From NCBI GenBank assembly GCA_964573085.1, contig CAZNIL010000003.1, positions 1,699 to 65,698 of the forward strand: a stretch of 64,000 nucleotides of DNA, written 5' to 3'. A program made the position numbers and the translations under genes. Source of the DNA: an uncultured Methanoregula sp. (lineage in GTDB: Archaea; Halobacteriota; Methanomicrobia; Methanomicrobiales; Methanospirillaceae). Positions 49,508 to 58,299 of the stretch are shown here, in pieces. Positions within the stretch are counted from its first letter, which is position 1, and each line of letters opens with the position of its first letter. The notes beneath the pieces are model-generated. The model was given only the letters and a program-made list of their open reading frames with translations, was not told the DNA's origin and did no database searches.

Positions 49508-50371
49508 TTATTTTTTTGGGATATCCTGCAAAATTTCTTTTTTAAATGTCTCAAACTGCAGGTCATCCATCTGTTCTGAGAGGAGTCTCCCGCTCCATGC
49601 CCTGCGGTATACCCAGTTTACGATCTTCCGGACCACCGAGATGGCCTGCTCTTCGGTGTCCACGGTAATCAGTTCCCTGCCAATGTGGGGATGCCGCCCC
49701 CTCCTTCCCCCTACTAGGACAAGGTAATGACGGTGTTCTGCTTCTATGATATCGAACGGGCATGAGTGAATGCAGACCCCGCACTGGACACATTTTTTTG
49801 GATCGAGGACTAATACCCCGTTTTTAATACGGATTGCACGCTCCTTGCAGTACTGGACGCATGTCCCGCATCCGGTGCACTGCCCCGGTTTCCGGACCGG
49901 CTGGATCCGTCCCATGATCCCGATCTCATTGAGCATGGGGCTTGTACAGGCATTAGGACATCCTGATATCGCAATCCGCATCTTTACCGGCATCTCCTTC
50001 CCGAACAGTATTGCATCGATCTTTCCTGCAAGGCTGATGGTATCGATATTTGCGAACTTGCACCGTTCAGTGCCGGGACATGCGATAATGTTGACAATTT
50101 CGTCGCGTTCTGACCCGATTGGTGTCCCGTTCTTTGCCAGGTTCTTCTCAATTCTTGCTAGCGATGCCGGCAAAACATGCGGGATCTCAATGGTCTGCCG
50201 GGTTGTGCAGTGAACAACCCCGGCTCCGTATTTTTTTGCAATATTTGCGATACCACGGAGCTGGTCAACGGAAATCTTGCCGGCAGGCAAACGTATCCGG
50301 ACCGTGCAAAAGTCCGAATCTCTCTCCGTGATGACCCCCCCTTTCATATGCACGCCAATATCCAGGTTCAT
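49508..50371 (-). CDS. Sulfite/nitrite-reductase-like protein with ferredoxin insert (small Dsr-like protein)
   Basis: ...VRIRLPAGKISVDQLRGIANIAKKYGAGVVHCTTRQTIEIPHV.... It has the siroheme/[4Fe-4S] Cys motif ...CPGTERC... and CTGCGTCVQYC / CVQCGVCIHSCP ferredoxin motifs. Confidence 0.75.
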   Translation of the reverse strand: MNLDIGVHMKGGVITERDSDFCTVRIRLPAGKISVDQLRGIANIAKKYGAGVVHCTTRQTIEIPHVLPASLARIEKNLAKNGTPIGSERDEIVNIIACPGTERCKFANIDTISLAGKIDAILFGKEMPVKMRIAISGCPNACTSPMLNEIGIMGRIQPVRKPGQCTGCGTCVQYCKERAIRIKNGVLVLDPKKCVQCGVCIHSCPFDIIEAEHRHYLVLVGGRRGRHPHIGRELITVDTEEQAISVVRKIVNWVYRRAWSGRLLSEQMDDLQFETFKKEILQDIPKK

Positions 50372-50424
50372 CGATTATTACTTCGGGACAGTGGTTAAAA
50401 AGTGTGTCGTTGTGGCTGGGGTTT

Positions 50425-51141
50425 TCAGATCAGCGCCATGCAGAGGATGACGACGGCGCGGGTGATCTCATTGGATGCACCAACAACATCACCATTGACC
50501 CCGCCAAACAACCGTTTCGAGATGAGCAGGAGAACAATCGGACAGAACACCATCAGGATCGCAGCTGCTGCAAGTTTTAAAGGAGAGACCGGGAGAAGGA
50601 CAAGGGGCAGGCATAACAGGAATGCAATCATGGGGAAGTAAGCGTGGGAGAATGAGTGGAGGTAACGGTGAATGCCATCCCGGAACGGGGTGCCTGTGGT
50701 TGTCAGGAATGCCATGGAAAATTTTGCACAGACTTCTCCGATCAGAATCGCTGAAATGATCGATGCCGATGCCTGCAAACCGCTAAAGAGCAAGAGCGTG
50801 ACTGCGATGCCGAGTGCAACCCCGCCCGCTCCCACCTGCCGGTCAGTGAGGGCACGGATGCGTTTTTCGCGGTCGCCGTGCGCCATGACTGCATCCCCAA
50901 AGTCAAGGAGTCCGTCGAAGTGATTGCACCCGGAAAGCAGCAGCAGTCCGGTGACTGCAACCGCTGCGGCTATGGTCCGGTCAGGTATAAAAAACACAAC
51001 GAGTGCGACAAGACCCCCGATGACATACCCGGCAAAAGGATAGAGGTAGGAATGCCGTGCAAAATGCTCAAAATCGCGGGGTTTCCCCAATGGCAGGATG
51101 GTGGTAAACTGTAAAAGGGAGATGAGTGCTTTCATATACAT
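50425..51141 (-). CDS. cobS: Adenosylcobinamide-GDP ribazoletransferase (cobalamin 5'-phosphate synthase)
   Basis: ...MKALISLLQFTTILPLG...GLLDFGDA...NGDVVGA.... Polytopic membrane protein. Confidence 0.9.
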   Translation of the reverse strand: MYMKALISLLQFTTILPLGKPRDFEHFARHSYLYPFAGYVIGGLVALVVFFIPDRTIAAAVAVTGLLLLSGCNHFDGLLDFGDAVMAHGDREKRIRALTDRQVGAGGVALGIAVTLLLFSGLQASASIISAILIGEVCAKFSMAFLTTTGTPFRDGIHRYLHSFSHAYFPMIAFLLCLPLVLLPVSPLKLAAAAILMVFCPIVLLLISKRLFGGVNGDVVGASNEITRAVVILCMALI

Positions 51142-51566
51142 TCGCTGTAAAGGCGGGATGTGCAGCCGGCAATCAAACCTGCGATCGCATCATCAAGGAA
51201 GGGCCCAAGCTTTGACAGGATGCCAGGTTTTTTCTGGTCATACCGGGTGAATTCAAACCGGGCATATGTCCCGCCGATGCATTCTGCGATCGCCATGCCG
51301 ATGATTTCGTCACTCAATAAAAAAACCGGGTCGTCTTTTATTTCGGAATCGGTCCGGTTGAGGTAGAGTTCGTCTTCGAGCAGGATCGCCCCGAGTATGA
51401 GGGAGGAGACGTTGGGATCACAAAGATATTTCCTGATTTTTTTGTCAAGTTCAACCGCTGCGTCCGACTCGCTCATGCCGTGAGAAACATAGAGCGTCAT
51501 ACCGGCTGCAACAATATCCTTTATTAAAATTCCCTTATCCTGCAGCCTTTGTTCGATTTCAAACAT
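51132..51566 (-). CDS. Conserved hypothetical protein, cobS-coupled (possible alpha-ribazole-phosphate phosphatase role; speculative)
   Basis: 144 aa. It overlaps the cobS start by 10 nt and is divergent from the cobT-type gene. No motif was confidently recognised. Confidence 0.35.
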   Translation of the reverse strand: MFEIEQRLQDKGILIKDIVAAGMTLYVSHGMSESDAAVELDKKIRKYLCDPNVSSLILGAILLEDELYLNRTDSEIKDDPVFLLSDEIIGMAIAECIGGTYARFEFTRYDQKKPGILSKLGPFLDDAIAGLIAGCTSRLYSECI

Positions 51567-51605
51567 GTTATTTCAGGGTTGTATTGATTGGTGGAGTAAT
51601 ATGGG

Positions 51606-52682
51606 TTGTGGAGTGTGATCCAAGCGATACCTTCAAACTCAATGCTGATGAGATGGTTACTTGCGAATTGTATGGCATTTGTTTCAGGAGTTCCTCCCCT
51701 CCAGTTCACACGGCCGATATTTTGTAGTATTCTTGGGAATACCAGACTAAGTACTCTGCAGGGAATATCCGGGGCGGGTCCAACACCGGAGAAAACATTG
51801 CTTACCCCGATCCTTGATGCGGAATTGATCATGCAGGGCAGTATTACGAGCATGCCGGTAAAACCCAACACCCCGACGGGCTGCCCGACACCTGCAACCA
51901 TCACCCGTGCAATGATGGAACTCACCGGGTTAAGGCCCCTGTTCATCAATGCCGGTCTTGCCCAGAATCCGACCGTTCCCTGTCTTGATGTGTATGGGTG
52001 TGTTGGTGGCGACCCACAGGAACGGGACGCCATTCCCTGTGCAGATGCCCTCTACCAGCGTGGCATATGGATCGGAAAATTCCTGTCGGAATCATGCGAC
52101 CTGCTGGTGCTTGGTGAATGCGTGCCAGGAGGAACGACTACCGCACTCTGCATCCTGCGTGCGCTCGGTTATTCAGCATCTGTGAGCAGCAGTTTTATAA
52201 AAAACCCTGTCTCAAAAAAAGAAGAGATCTGCGACACCGTGATGAAACGGATCAAATCACTGGGGATCACAAAACCCCTGGAGATCATCCGGGCCACCGG
52301 AGATCCTATGATGCCGGTGGCTTGTGGCATCACCAATTCATATTCCGGCACCCTTATACTTGCAGGAGGGACGCAGATGCTTTCCATTGCTGCGCTGGTG
52401 CGTGCGATGGGAGACCCCCTGCCAATGATCGCAACAACATCGTTTGTCCGCGATGACCCGAGTGCCAATGTTATGGAACTGGCAGATCAGATCGGGGTAA
52501 AAATTGTATATGTCGACCCTGGTTTCCATGACCTTGGTCACTCCGGACTCGCACGGTACTGCATCGGCGAGGTTAAGGAAGGAATGGGTGCCGGCGGTGC
52601 AATGCTTCTGGCATACATGATGGGGCATTCCCCCGAAACGATCCGGGCAAAGATCTTTGAGGCCGTGAGCGCATACAGCTGA
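51606..52682 (+). CDS. UPF0284 / archaeal CobT-type nicotinate-nucleotide--dimethylbenzimidazole phosphoribosyltransferase homolog
   Basis: ...ILGNTRLSTLQGISGAGPTPEKTLLTPILDAELI...GECVPGGTTTA.... The start is uncertain, with ATG candidates up to 51672. Confidence 0.7.
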   Translation: MWSVIQAIPSNSMLMRWLLANCMAFVSGVPPLQFTRPIFCSILGNTRLSTLQGISGAGPTPEKTLLTPILDAELIMQGSITSMPVKPNTPTGCPTPATITRAMMELTGLRPLFINAGLAQNPTVPCLDVYGCVGGDPQERDAIPCADALYQRGIWIGKFLSESCDLLVLGECVPGGTTTALCILRALGYSASVSSSFIKNPVSKKEEICDTVMKRIKSLGITKPLEIIRATGDPMMPVACGITNSYSGTLILAGGTQMLSIAALVRAMGDPLPMIATTSFVRDDPSANVMELADQIGVKIVYVDPGFHDLGHSGLARYCIGEVKEGMGAGGAMLLAYMMGHSPETIRAKIFEAVSAYS

Positions 52683-52719
52683 AAAGGACTTATCACGCAG
52701 CATCGCCAACTTGTATGCA

Positions 52720-53283
52720 ATGCGCCCCATCTATGTGGTGAATAATTTCGGGCAGTTCAATCACCTGATACACAGGTCTCTTAAGGATATGGATATCCCG
52801 GTCTCGATGGTTCCCAATACAACACATCCCGATGAGATTGCAAATGGTTGCCGCGGGATCATTCTTGGCGGAGGACCTGCCATTGAGCGCGCAGGCCTCT
52901 GTTCACAATACCTTGGGCTTGGACTTCCAGTGCTTGGGATCTGTCTGGGTTTACATATCATCGCAACGACATTCGGAGGAAAAGTCAGCCAAGGTTCCCA
53001 AGGGGGTTACGGGCCTGTTGAAGTGGAAATCTGTGAGCATAATGATATCCTCAAAGGTTACCCGGAAAAAATCTTGGTCTGGGCATCCCATGCGGATGAA
53101 GTGACCTCGCCTCCTGCGGATTTTTCCCTGCTTGCCCGTTCTTCTATCTGCAGTTGCGAGGCAATTACACTCCAACAAAAACATATCTACGGACTCCAGT
53201 GGCATCCTGAAGTCAGCCATACGGCAGATGGCAGAAGAATTTTTAAAAACTTCGATGCAATAACACGGGAGAACGGGACATAG
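52720..53283 (+). CDS. guaAA: GMP synthase [glutamine-hydrolysing] subunit A (class I amidotransferase)
   Basis: MRPIYVVNNFGQFNHLIHRSLKDM...LGICLGLHII (nucleophile Cys)...LQWHPEVSHT (His-Glu motif). Confidence 0.85.
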   Translation: MRPIYVVNNFGQFNHLIHRSLKDMDIPVSMVPNTTHPDEIANGCRGIILGGGPAIERAGLCSQYLGLGLPVLGICLGLHIIATTFGGKVSQGSQGGYGPVEVEICEHNDILKGYPEKILVWASHADEVTSPPADFSLLARSSICSCEAITLQQKHIYGLQWHPEVSHTADGRRIFKNFDAITRENGT

Positions 53284-53846
53284 TGCAGAGCGATACTTCT
53301 GGCATGAATAAAATTTCTGATCTTGCCGGAAAAATCCGGTCGATTGGGTTCAGGTGCACACAATGCGGTACGTGCTGCCGCTGTGGTGAAACGGATTCCA
53401 ATCTTGTCATGGTCTTTCCCGATGAGATCCGGTCGATTATTTCAGCATATGGACGGCCATGGGATTCCGTGGCACAACCTTACCCGGAAACGATCGATCA
53501 TCAGAATGGCGCACGCTATACCTTAGGTTGGTGTCTCTGCCGGGAGAACGACCATTGCCATTTTTTAAAGGAGAACCTGTGTGCAATTTATGGACAGAGA
53601 CCGTGGATCTGCCGCACCTATCCATTTTTTTTAGATGGGAACGACCTTGGGATCTCCCAATGTGGGGGTCTGGGACAGGTGATATCAGAACAGGATGCCA
53701 CCATGATTGCATTCAATCTTCTCCAGCGCCGGCGTGTAGAAGATGAGGAAGAACAAAAAGTCCGGCAGGTCCTGCAGCACATACAAATCCCAATAGGGGC
53801 GGGTGTCGTTATCGATAGTGAGGGTGTCCGGGTGTTCGATGGCTGA
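53283..53846 (+). CDS. YkgJ-family (CxxCxxCC) zinc/iron-chelating cysteine-cluster protein
   Basis: ...FRCTQCGTCCRC... with a second Cys-rich part ...CHFLKENLCAIYGQRPWICRTYPF.... The start is GTG 53283 or ATG 53304. Confidence 0.7.
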   Translation: MQSDTSGMNKISDLAGKIRSIGFRCTQCGTCCRCGETDSNLVMVFPDEIRSIISAYGRPWDSVAQPYPETIDHQNGARYTLGWCLCRENDHCHFLKENLCAIYGQRPWICRTYPFFLDGNDLGISQCGGLGQVISEQDATMIAFNLLQRRRVEDEEEQKVRQVLQHIQIPIGAGVVIDSEGVRVFDG

Positions 53847-55038
53847 GATCAGGATTGTCGGGACAGCGCATGTCTCCCAGAAGAGTGTTGATGACGTAAA
53901 GGCAGCCATCAGTGAATTCCAGCCGGATGTTGTTGCGGTGGAACTGGATCCGGCACGGTTCCAGGCACTAAAAAAGAGCATGGCGGAACCATCGGTTACA
54001 GAAGTTATACAGGCAGGAAATTTCAACCAGCTCATCGTCCAGTGGGTTCTGTCATACCTCCAACGCAGGATTGGTATGGACGTTGGTGTGGAGCCTGGAG
54101 CCGAGATGAAGGCTGCCATTGCTGAGGCGGAAGAGCGACAAATGAAGATCGGGCTCATCGACCGTGACATACGTATCACCCTGATGCGGTTCTGGCGCTC
54201 GATGTCGTTATGGGAGAAGCTAAAAATGTTCTATGCCCTTTCTGCATCCGTGGTGGGTGTGAAAGGCGAAGAGATCGATATCGAGTCCTTAAAACAGGAA
54301 GAAGTAATCACCATGGCACTTGAAGAGTTCCGGAAATTCTCTCCCAACGGTGCGCGGGCATTGATCGATGAGCGGGATGCGTACCTTGCCCACCAGCTGC
54401 TGGCACTCGATGCACATAACGGGCGTGTACTAGCAGTGATCGGTGCAGGCCATGTAAAAGGTGTCCAGAAGTACCTGCACGAGCCATCAACTCTTCCCCC
54501 CCTGTCAGAACTCACCGCAGAAATAAAGACACCAAGATGGGGTCTGATCTTCGGCGTTGCTGTAACAGTCCTGTTTGGGTTGCTCATTCTTGCCATTTCC
54601 TTCTCTGGTGTCGGGGTGAATGTGCTTGTCACTGCCCTCATTTACTGGGTCCTCATCCACGGGGTGCTTACCGCAGTCTTCACCCTGATCGCCGGGGGTC
54701 ATCCGCTTTCTGCGCTTACCGGCTTTGGCGTATCATGGTTGACTGCATTACACCCGCTGATTGCGGCGGGCTGGTTCTCCGCGATCGTGGAAGCAAAGAT
54801 CAGAAAACCGTCACCGGGTGATTTCAAAAAGATCTTTGAAGCGGAGACATTCACTGACATGTGGCATATCCCCCTTTTTAAGGTTGTGCTCGTTGCCGCG
54901 CTTGCGAATGTCGGGAGTACGCTGGGCACTATCCTCTATTTCATCGTTATCTTCCCCACTCTCGGCATTGATCCGGGGGTTCTGATCCTTCAGGGGTTCG
55001 GGAACATGTGGCAGGGGATAATGAACCTGATCCATTAA
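53839..55038 (+). CDS. TraB/PrgY-family protein with C-terminal membrane domain
   Basis: ATG 53839 gives MAEIRIVGTAHVSQKSVDDVKAAISEFQPDVVAVELD...VIGAGHVKG..., followed by 4-5 TM helices. Confidence 0.85.
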   Translation: MAEIRIVGTAHVSQKSVDDVKAAISEFQPDVVAVELDPARFQALKKSMAEPSVTEVIQAGNFNQLIVQWVLSYLQRRIGMDVGVEPGAEMKAAIAEAEERQMKIGLIDRDIRITLMRFWRSMSLWEKLKMFYALSASVVGVKGEEIDIESLKQEEVITMALEEFRKFSPNGARALIDERDAYLAHQLLALDAHNGRVLAVIGAGHVKGVQKYLHEPSTLPPLSELTAEIKTPRWGLIFGVAVTVLFGLLILAISFSGVGVNVLVTALIYWVLIHGVLTAVFTLIAGGHPLSALTGFGVSWLTALHPLIAAGWFSAIVEAKIRKPSPGDFKKIFEAETFTDMWHIPLFKVVLVAALANVGSTLGTILYFIVIFPTLGIDPGVLILQGFGNMWQGIMNLIH

Positions 55039-55103
55039 TCTATAATCCTGACCCTTTTTTCCATCAGTGTCTGACAACCTTATATGATAGAAAAAAGAAC
55101 CTG

Positions 55104-56108
55104 ATGATTATGAACGGAAAGATTGGATGGATCATGCTCGTTCTCGTAATTACAAGCATCTTTGTGGTATCCCCTGCCACAGCTGTTCTTAATAGGGTTC
55201 CCACAGGAGGAACCGTCTATATAGGGGAGCAGGGGTTGGATATTTCGGCTCCTGTTGCAGTACCAAATACTGTCGTTGCTTGGTGGAGCCCGGGGGCTTC
55301 ATTTGGTACTCAGGATCCGGATGAGAGAGTCACTGTCACTGACCCGCTGAACTTTGCCATATCACCAATGGAATTCGGTCAGCGAACCGGTTCTTGGTAT
55401 GTCTGGCCGGCAAAGACTCTGGCATTCAATGTAAAGGATCCTCAAATAGGCATCAGGATTGAGGATACGTCCATCAATGGCGATATCACGGACAATGGAT
55501 GGGTATACCGTGGAGATGAAGTCAGGTTCCGTATTGACAGTAACCTTGCTGATATCGCCGGCCGTCCTGGTGCGGGAGAACCTACGGTCACCATCAAAGT
55601 CCAGGGGCCTGATGGGGGTACCTATTCTGCGCTTATGAATAAGACAGGGCTCCTGACACTTCTTGATGTCAGCGTTTTCACAACGCCCTTCTATACCGTT
55701 CCCGTCTGGGATACCGGGAGCAGCTCGTACACACCGGGAACCTATACAATCTGGGCGGAGTGCAACGCGAACCGGATGAAAGACAACTACAATATCGTTG
55801 GAAAGACGGTAAGTACCCAAAGACCCCTGCGTGTGCAGGAACAAAACCCCCTGATTGGTGCCACCGTCCTCACAACGAGCCCGACGATTCAGCAGACAAT
55901 AAAAATTACGACAAAACCGACGACAATTGTGACCACAAAACCGACTACCGCGGTTCCCACAACTATGGCCATTCCTGTTGAAACGATTCAATCTCCCATA
56001 ACCCCAACCCCCTCCCCGACTCCGACAAAAGCAGCAGGTCTTTGCGGATGGTGCGCTGTGCTTGCCGGTGTCATCGGCTGTGCCCTATATGGTGCACGGC
56101 GCCCATGA
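55104..56108 (+). CDS. Secreted surface protein with Thr/Pro-rich linker and C-terminal membrane anchor
   Basis: ATG 55104 gives MIMNGKIGWIMLVLVITSIFVVSPATA (signal). ...GGTVYIGEQGLDIS.... The C-terminus reads ...TTKPTTIVTTKPTTAVPTT...TPTPSPTPTKAAGLCGWCAVLAGVIGCALYGARRP. Confidence 0.6.
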   Translation: MIMNGKIGWIMLVLVITSIFVVSPATAVLNRVPTGGTVYIGEQGLDISAPVAVPNTVVAWWSPGASFGTQDPDERVTVTDPLNFAISPMEFGQRTGSWYVWPAKTLAFNVKDPQIGIRIEDTSINGDITDNGWVYRGDEVRFRIDSNLADIAGRPGAGEPTVTIKVQGPDGGTYSALMNKTGLLTLLDVSVFTTPFYTVPVWDTGSSSYTPGTYTIWAECNANRMKDNYNIVGKTVSTQRPLRVQEQNPLIGATVLTTSPTIQQTIKITTKPTTIVTTKPTTAVPTTMAIPVETIQSPITPTPSPTPTKAAGLCGWCAVLAGVIGCALYGARRP

Positions 56109-56172
56109 TCCCTTTTTTTGTTGCCCGGTCACATTGGCATATTTTATCACCGTGTTGTGCAAATCGTTCACT

Positions 56173-56679
56173 ATGAACATTGTAACCACGGTCATCAAGT
56201 CACGGCACAGCGTCCGGAAGTTCAAACCCGATCCTGTTGATGATACGGTCATCAGGGATGTAATTGAGTGCGCGAGCCACGCACCTACAGCCAAAAATCT
56301 CCAGCCATGGCTCTTTGGTGTGATACAGGACAGGGGAACCCTACAAAAAATTGCACAACTCACCGATAATGGAAAATTTATTGCGGATTCATCCCTCTGT
56401 ATCGCAGTTTTCGGAGAGAAAAAATCGACGTATTACTTGGAGGACTGTTGTGCCGCGACCGAGAACCTGATCATCGCGTTACAGGCGTATGGCATCGGTT
56501 CCTGCTGGGTTGCAGGCGATAAAAAACCATATGCAGAAGAGGTTCGGAAGCTGCTTAATGTGCCTGATACCTATACTCTTGTATCACTGGTTCCTGCGGG
56601 ATTGCCGGCAGAGATTTCCGTGGCAAGGAAAAAGGACCTGAAAAAAGTCCTGTTTGACGAACACTATGGAACTGAATGA
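56173..56679 (+). CDS. Nitroreductase-family flavoprotein
   Basis: ATG 56173 gives MNIVTTVIKSRHSVRKFKPDPV...ASHAPTAKNLQPW... Confidence 0.85.
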   Translation: MNIVTTVIKSRHSVRKFKPDPVDDTVIRDVIECASHAPTAKNLQPWLFGVIQDRGTLQKIAQLTDNGKFIADSSLCIAVFGEKKSTYYLEDCCAATENLIIALQAYGIGSCWVAGDKKPYAEEVRKLLNVPDTYTLVSLVPAGLPAEISVARKKDLKKVLFDEHYGTE

Positions 56680-56748
56680 ACTCCTGGAGGGAATGGATCG
56701 TTCCGACAGGCGGGATAAGGAAGAAGTCTTCCTCATCCTGTCCCCGGA

Positions 56749-57996
56749 TTATGTATTGTAATTGTTGATATTATCCGCAATCTCTGCTGCGGTGAGCACC
56801 CGGTTATAGAACGAGACCTCGCTCATGGCACCGTCATAATACATGTCATAGGGCGGGTAGTCCTGTTTTCCAATCGTGATCGGGTTGTTGTTATCCTTTA
56901 AGCTGACAGCCACCGGGGCGACCGGGTTTGCTCCGGGTACATTGCTCTGGTAATACCCGAAGGGGACGGAAGTACCATCAAAATAGAAGGATGGCGTGCC
57001 GTCGTTGACGGTCATGGTCACATAGCTTAGGTCCGGGGGGCTCCCCCACGGCATCGGGTCCGTTGTCATGATATGGTAGATTTGGTTAGTGGTACTGTCG
57101 GTCCATTCGAAATATAACCGCTGGTTGACGATGAACATGTCATAGTTCTCATCGGTGTCCCCGGGCTGTCCCTTCCCGACAATCTGGTGGTACCCGTTCA
57201 CCCCGGCAGATGTCGGCTGGAGCCAGAGCGAGAGCGAGAGGTCACCGGTATAATCGAGGTCCGGGTTATCAGCACCCTGAATATATGCGCCGGTTCCGTT
57301 GAACTGGAACATCTGTAAACCGTTCGGCCCCGGAAATGGGATAACTCCATAGTTTTCGAACGGGATCTGGTACCCGGATGAGTTGGTCAACGAGAGATCG
57401 GTTGTATTTGTCCAGATCGTATGGGGTGCAAGAGGGTTCGCGATAAACGAACCATTACCGGCAATAGATACCGTCATCTCATTGAGGATGACATTTGCCG
57501 TATCATCAACCATTCTAATCGTCCAGGCGCCACCTCTGGGGGGCACCATATATTTTATCTTCTGATTTGTTTGCATCGTATCAGTGACCCAGTACCCCCC
57601 GCCCCGCATATCCCTGTATACATACATCGATTTGCCATAGAGATCCCGGTTGCCGGATATATCGGTCCCCAAAGTTTTTGCAAATGTTCCATCAGGTCCA
57701 ACCAGTACAAATGAAACAGAAGGGGACCCTCCGGGAATATTTTGTTGTCCTGAAAGGTAGAATTGTTCTCCGGCCCGGGGAAGAATATCAAAGACCGGCA
57801 GGGATGTTGTTGTATCTATGGGAATGTAGGCAACATCTGCCGACGCAGCAACAAGCGAGGTTTTCTGTAAATAGGGGGTAAGGGATCCGGTTATAAGAGC
57901 AAGGATGATCACACCAAGTGCAACGACAAGGATAACCATTAAAATTACTGATTCTATTTCTGAAATACCTCTGGAATCAGGTCTTTTTCCCCTCAT
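56749..57996 (-). CDS. LamG (concanavalin-A-like lectin) domain protein with archaeal type IV pilin-like (class III) signal peptide
   Basis: The N-terminus MRGKRPDSRG-ISEIESVILMVILVVALGVIILALITG matches the archaeal pilin N-terminal pattern (R/K-G then a hydrophobic helix). The C-terminal LSLSLWLQPTS...YHQIVGKG...YDMFIVNQRLYFEW...YDGAMSEVSFYNRVLTAAEI is LamG-like. Confidence 0.65.
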   Translation of the reverse strand: MRGKRPDSRGISEIESVILMVILVVALGVIILALITGSLTPYLQKTSLVAASADVAYIPIDTTTSLPVFDILPRAGEQFYLSGQQNIPGGSPSVSFVLVGPDGTFAKTLGTDISGNRDLYGKSMYVYRDMRGGGYWVTDTMQTNQKIKYMVPPRGGAWTIRMVDDTANVILNEMTVSIAGNGSFIANPLAPHTIWTNTTDLSLTNSSGYQIPFENYGVIPFPGPNGLQMFQFNGTGAYIQGADNPDLDYTGDLSLSLWLQPTSAGVNGYHQIVGKGQPGDTDENYDMFIVNQRLYFEWTDSTTNQIYHIMTTDPMPWGSPPDLSYVTMTVNDGTPSFYFDGTSVPFGYYQSNVPGANPVAPVAVSLKDNNNPITIGKQDYPPYDMYYDGAMSEVSFYNRVLTAAEIADNINNYNT

Positions 57997-58299
57997 ACAA
58001 ATTCCTGAATTTTTATATTATTTTCAATAACCATTAAGGTTTTTACACAAGGATCCTGACATTTCCGATATCAGCGGAAGGGAAATCTTCCATGCTAAAA
58101 AAATTCTCCAATCATTTGATTAAAGATAGAAGGATCGAGCCTGGTTTATAAAAAAAGTAATGCGGTATCAGATCTTGGCATATTCCTGATGGATTTTGGG
58201 AGGAAGAACCCGACAACCGCGAATGTAACCGCGGGGGAAAACCATGGCAATTTTTTGCCAAAGTAATCCTTATGCACTGGCGTCTCATACTCTCTGGGT

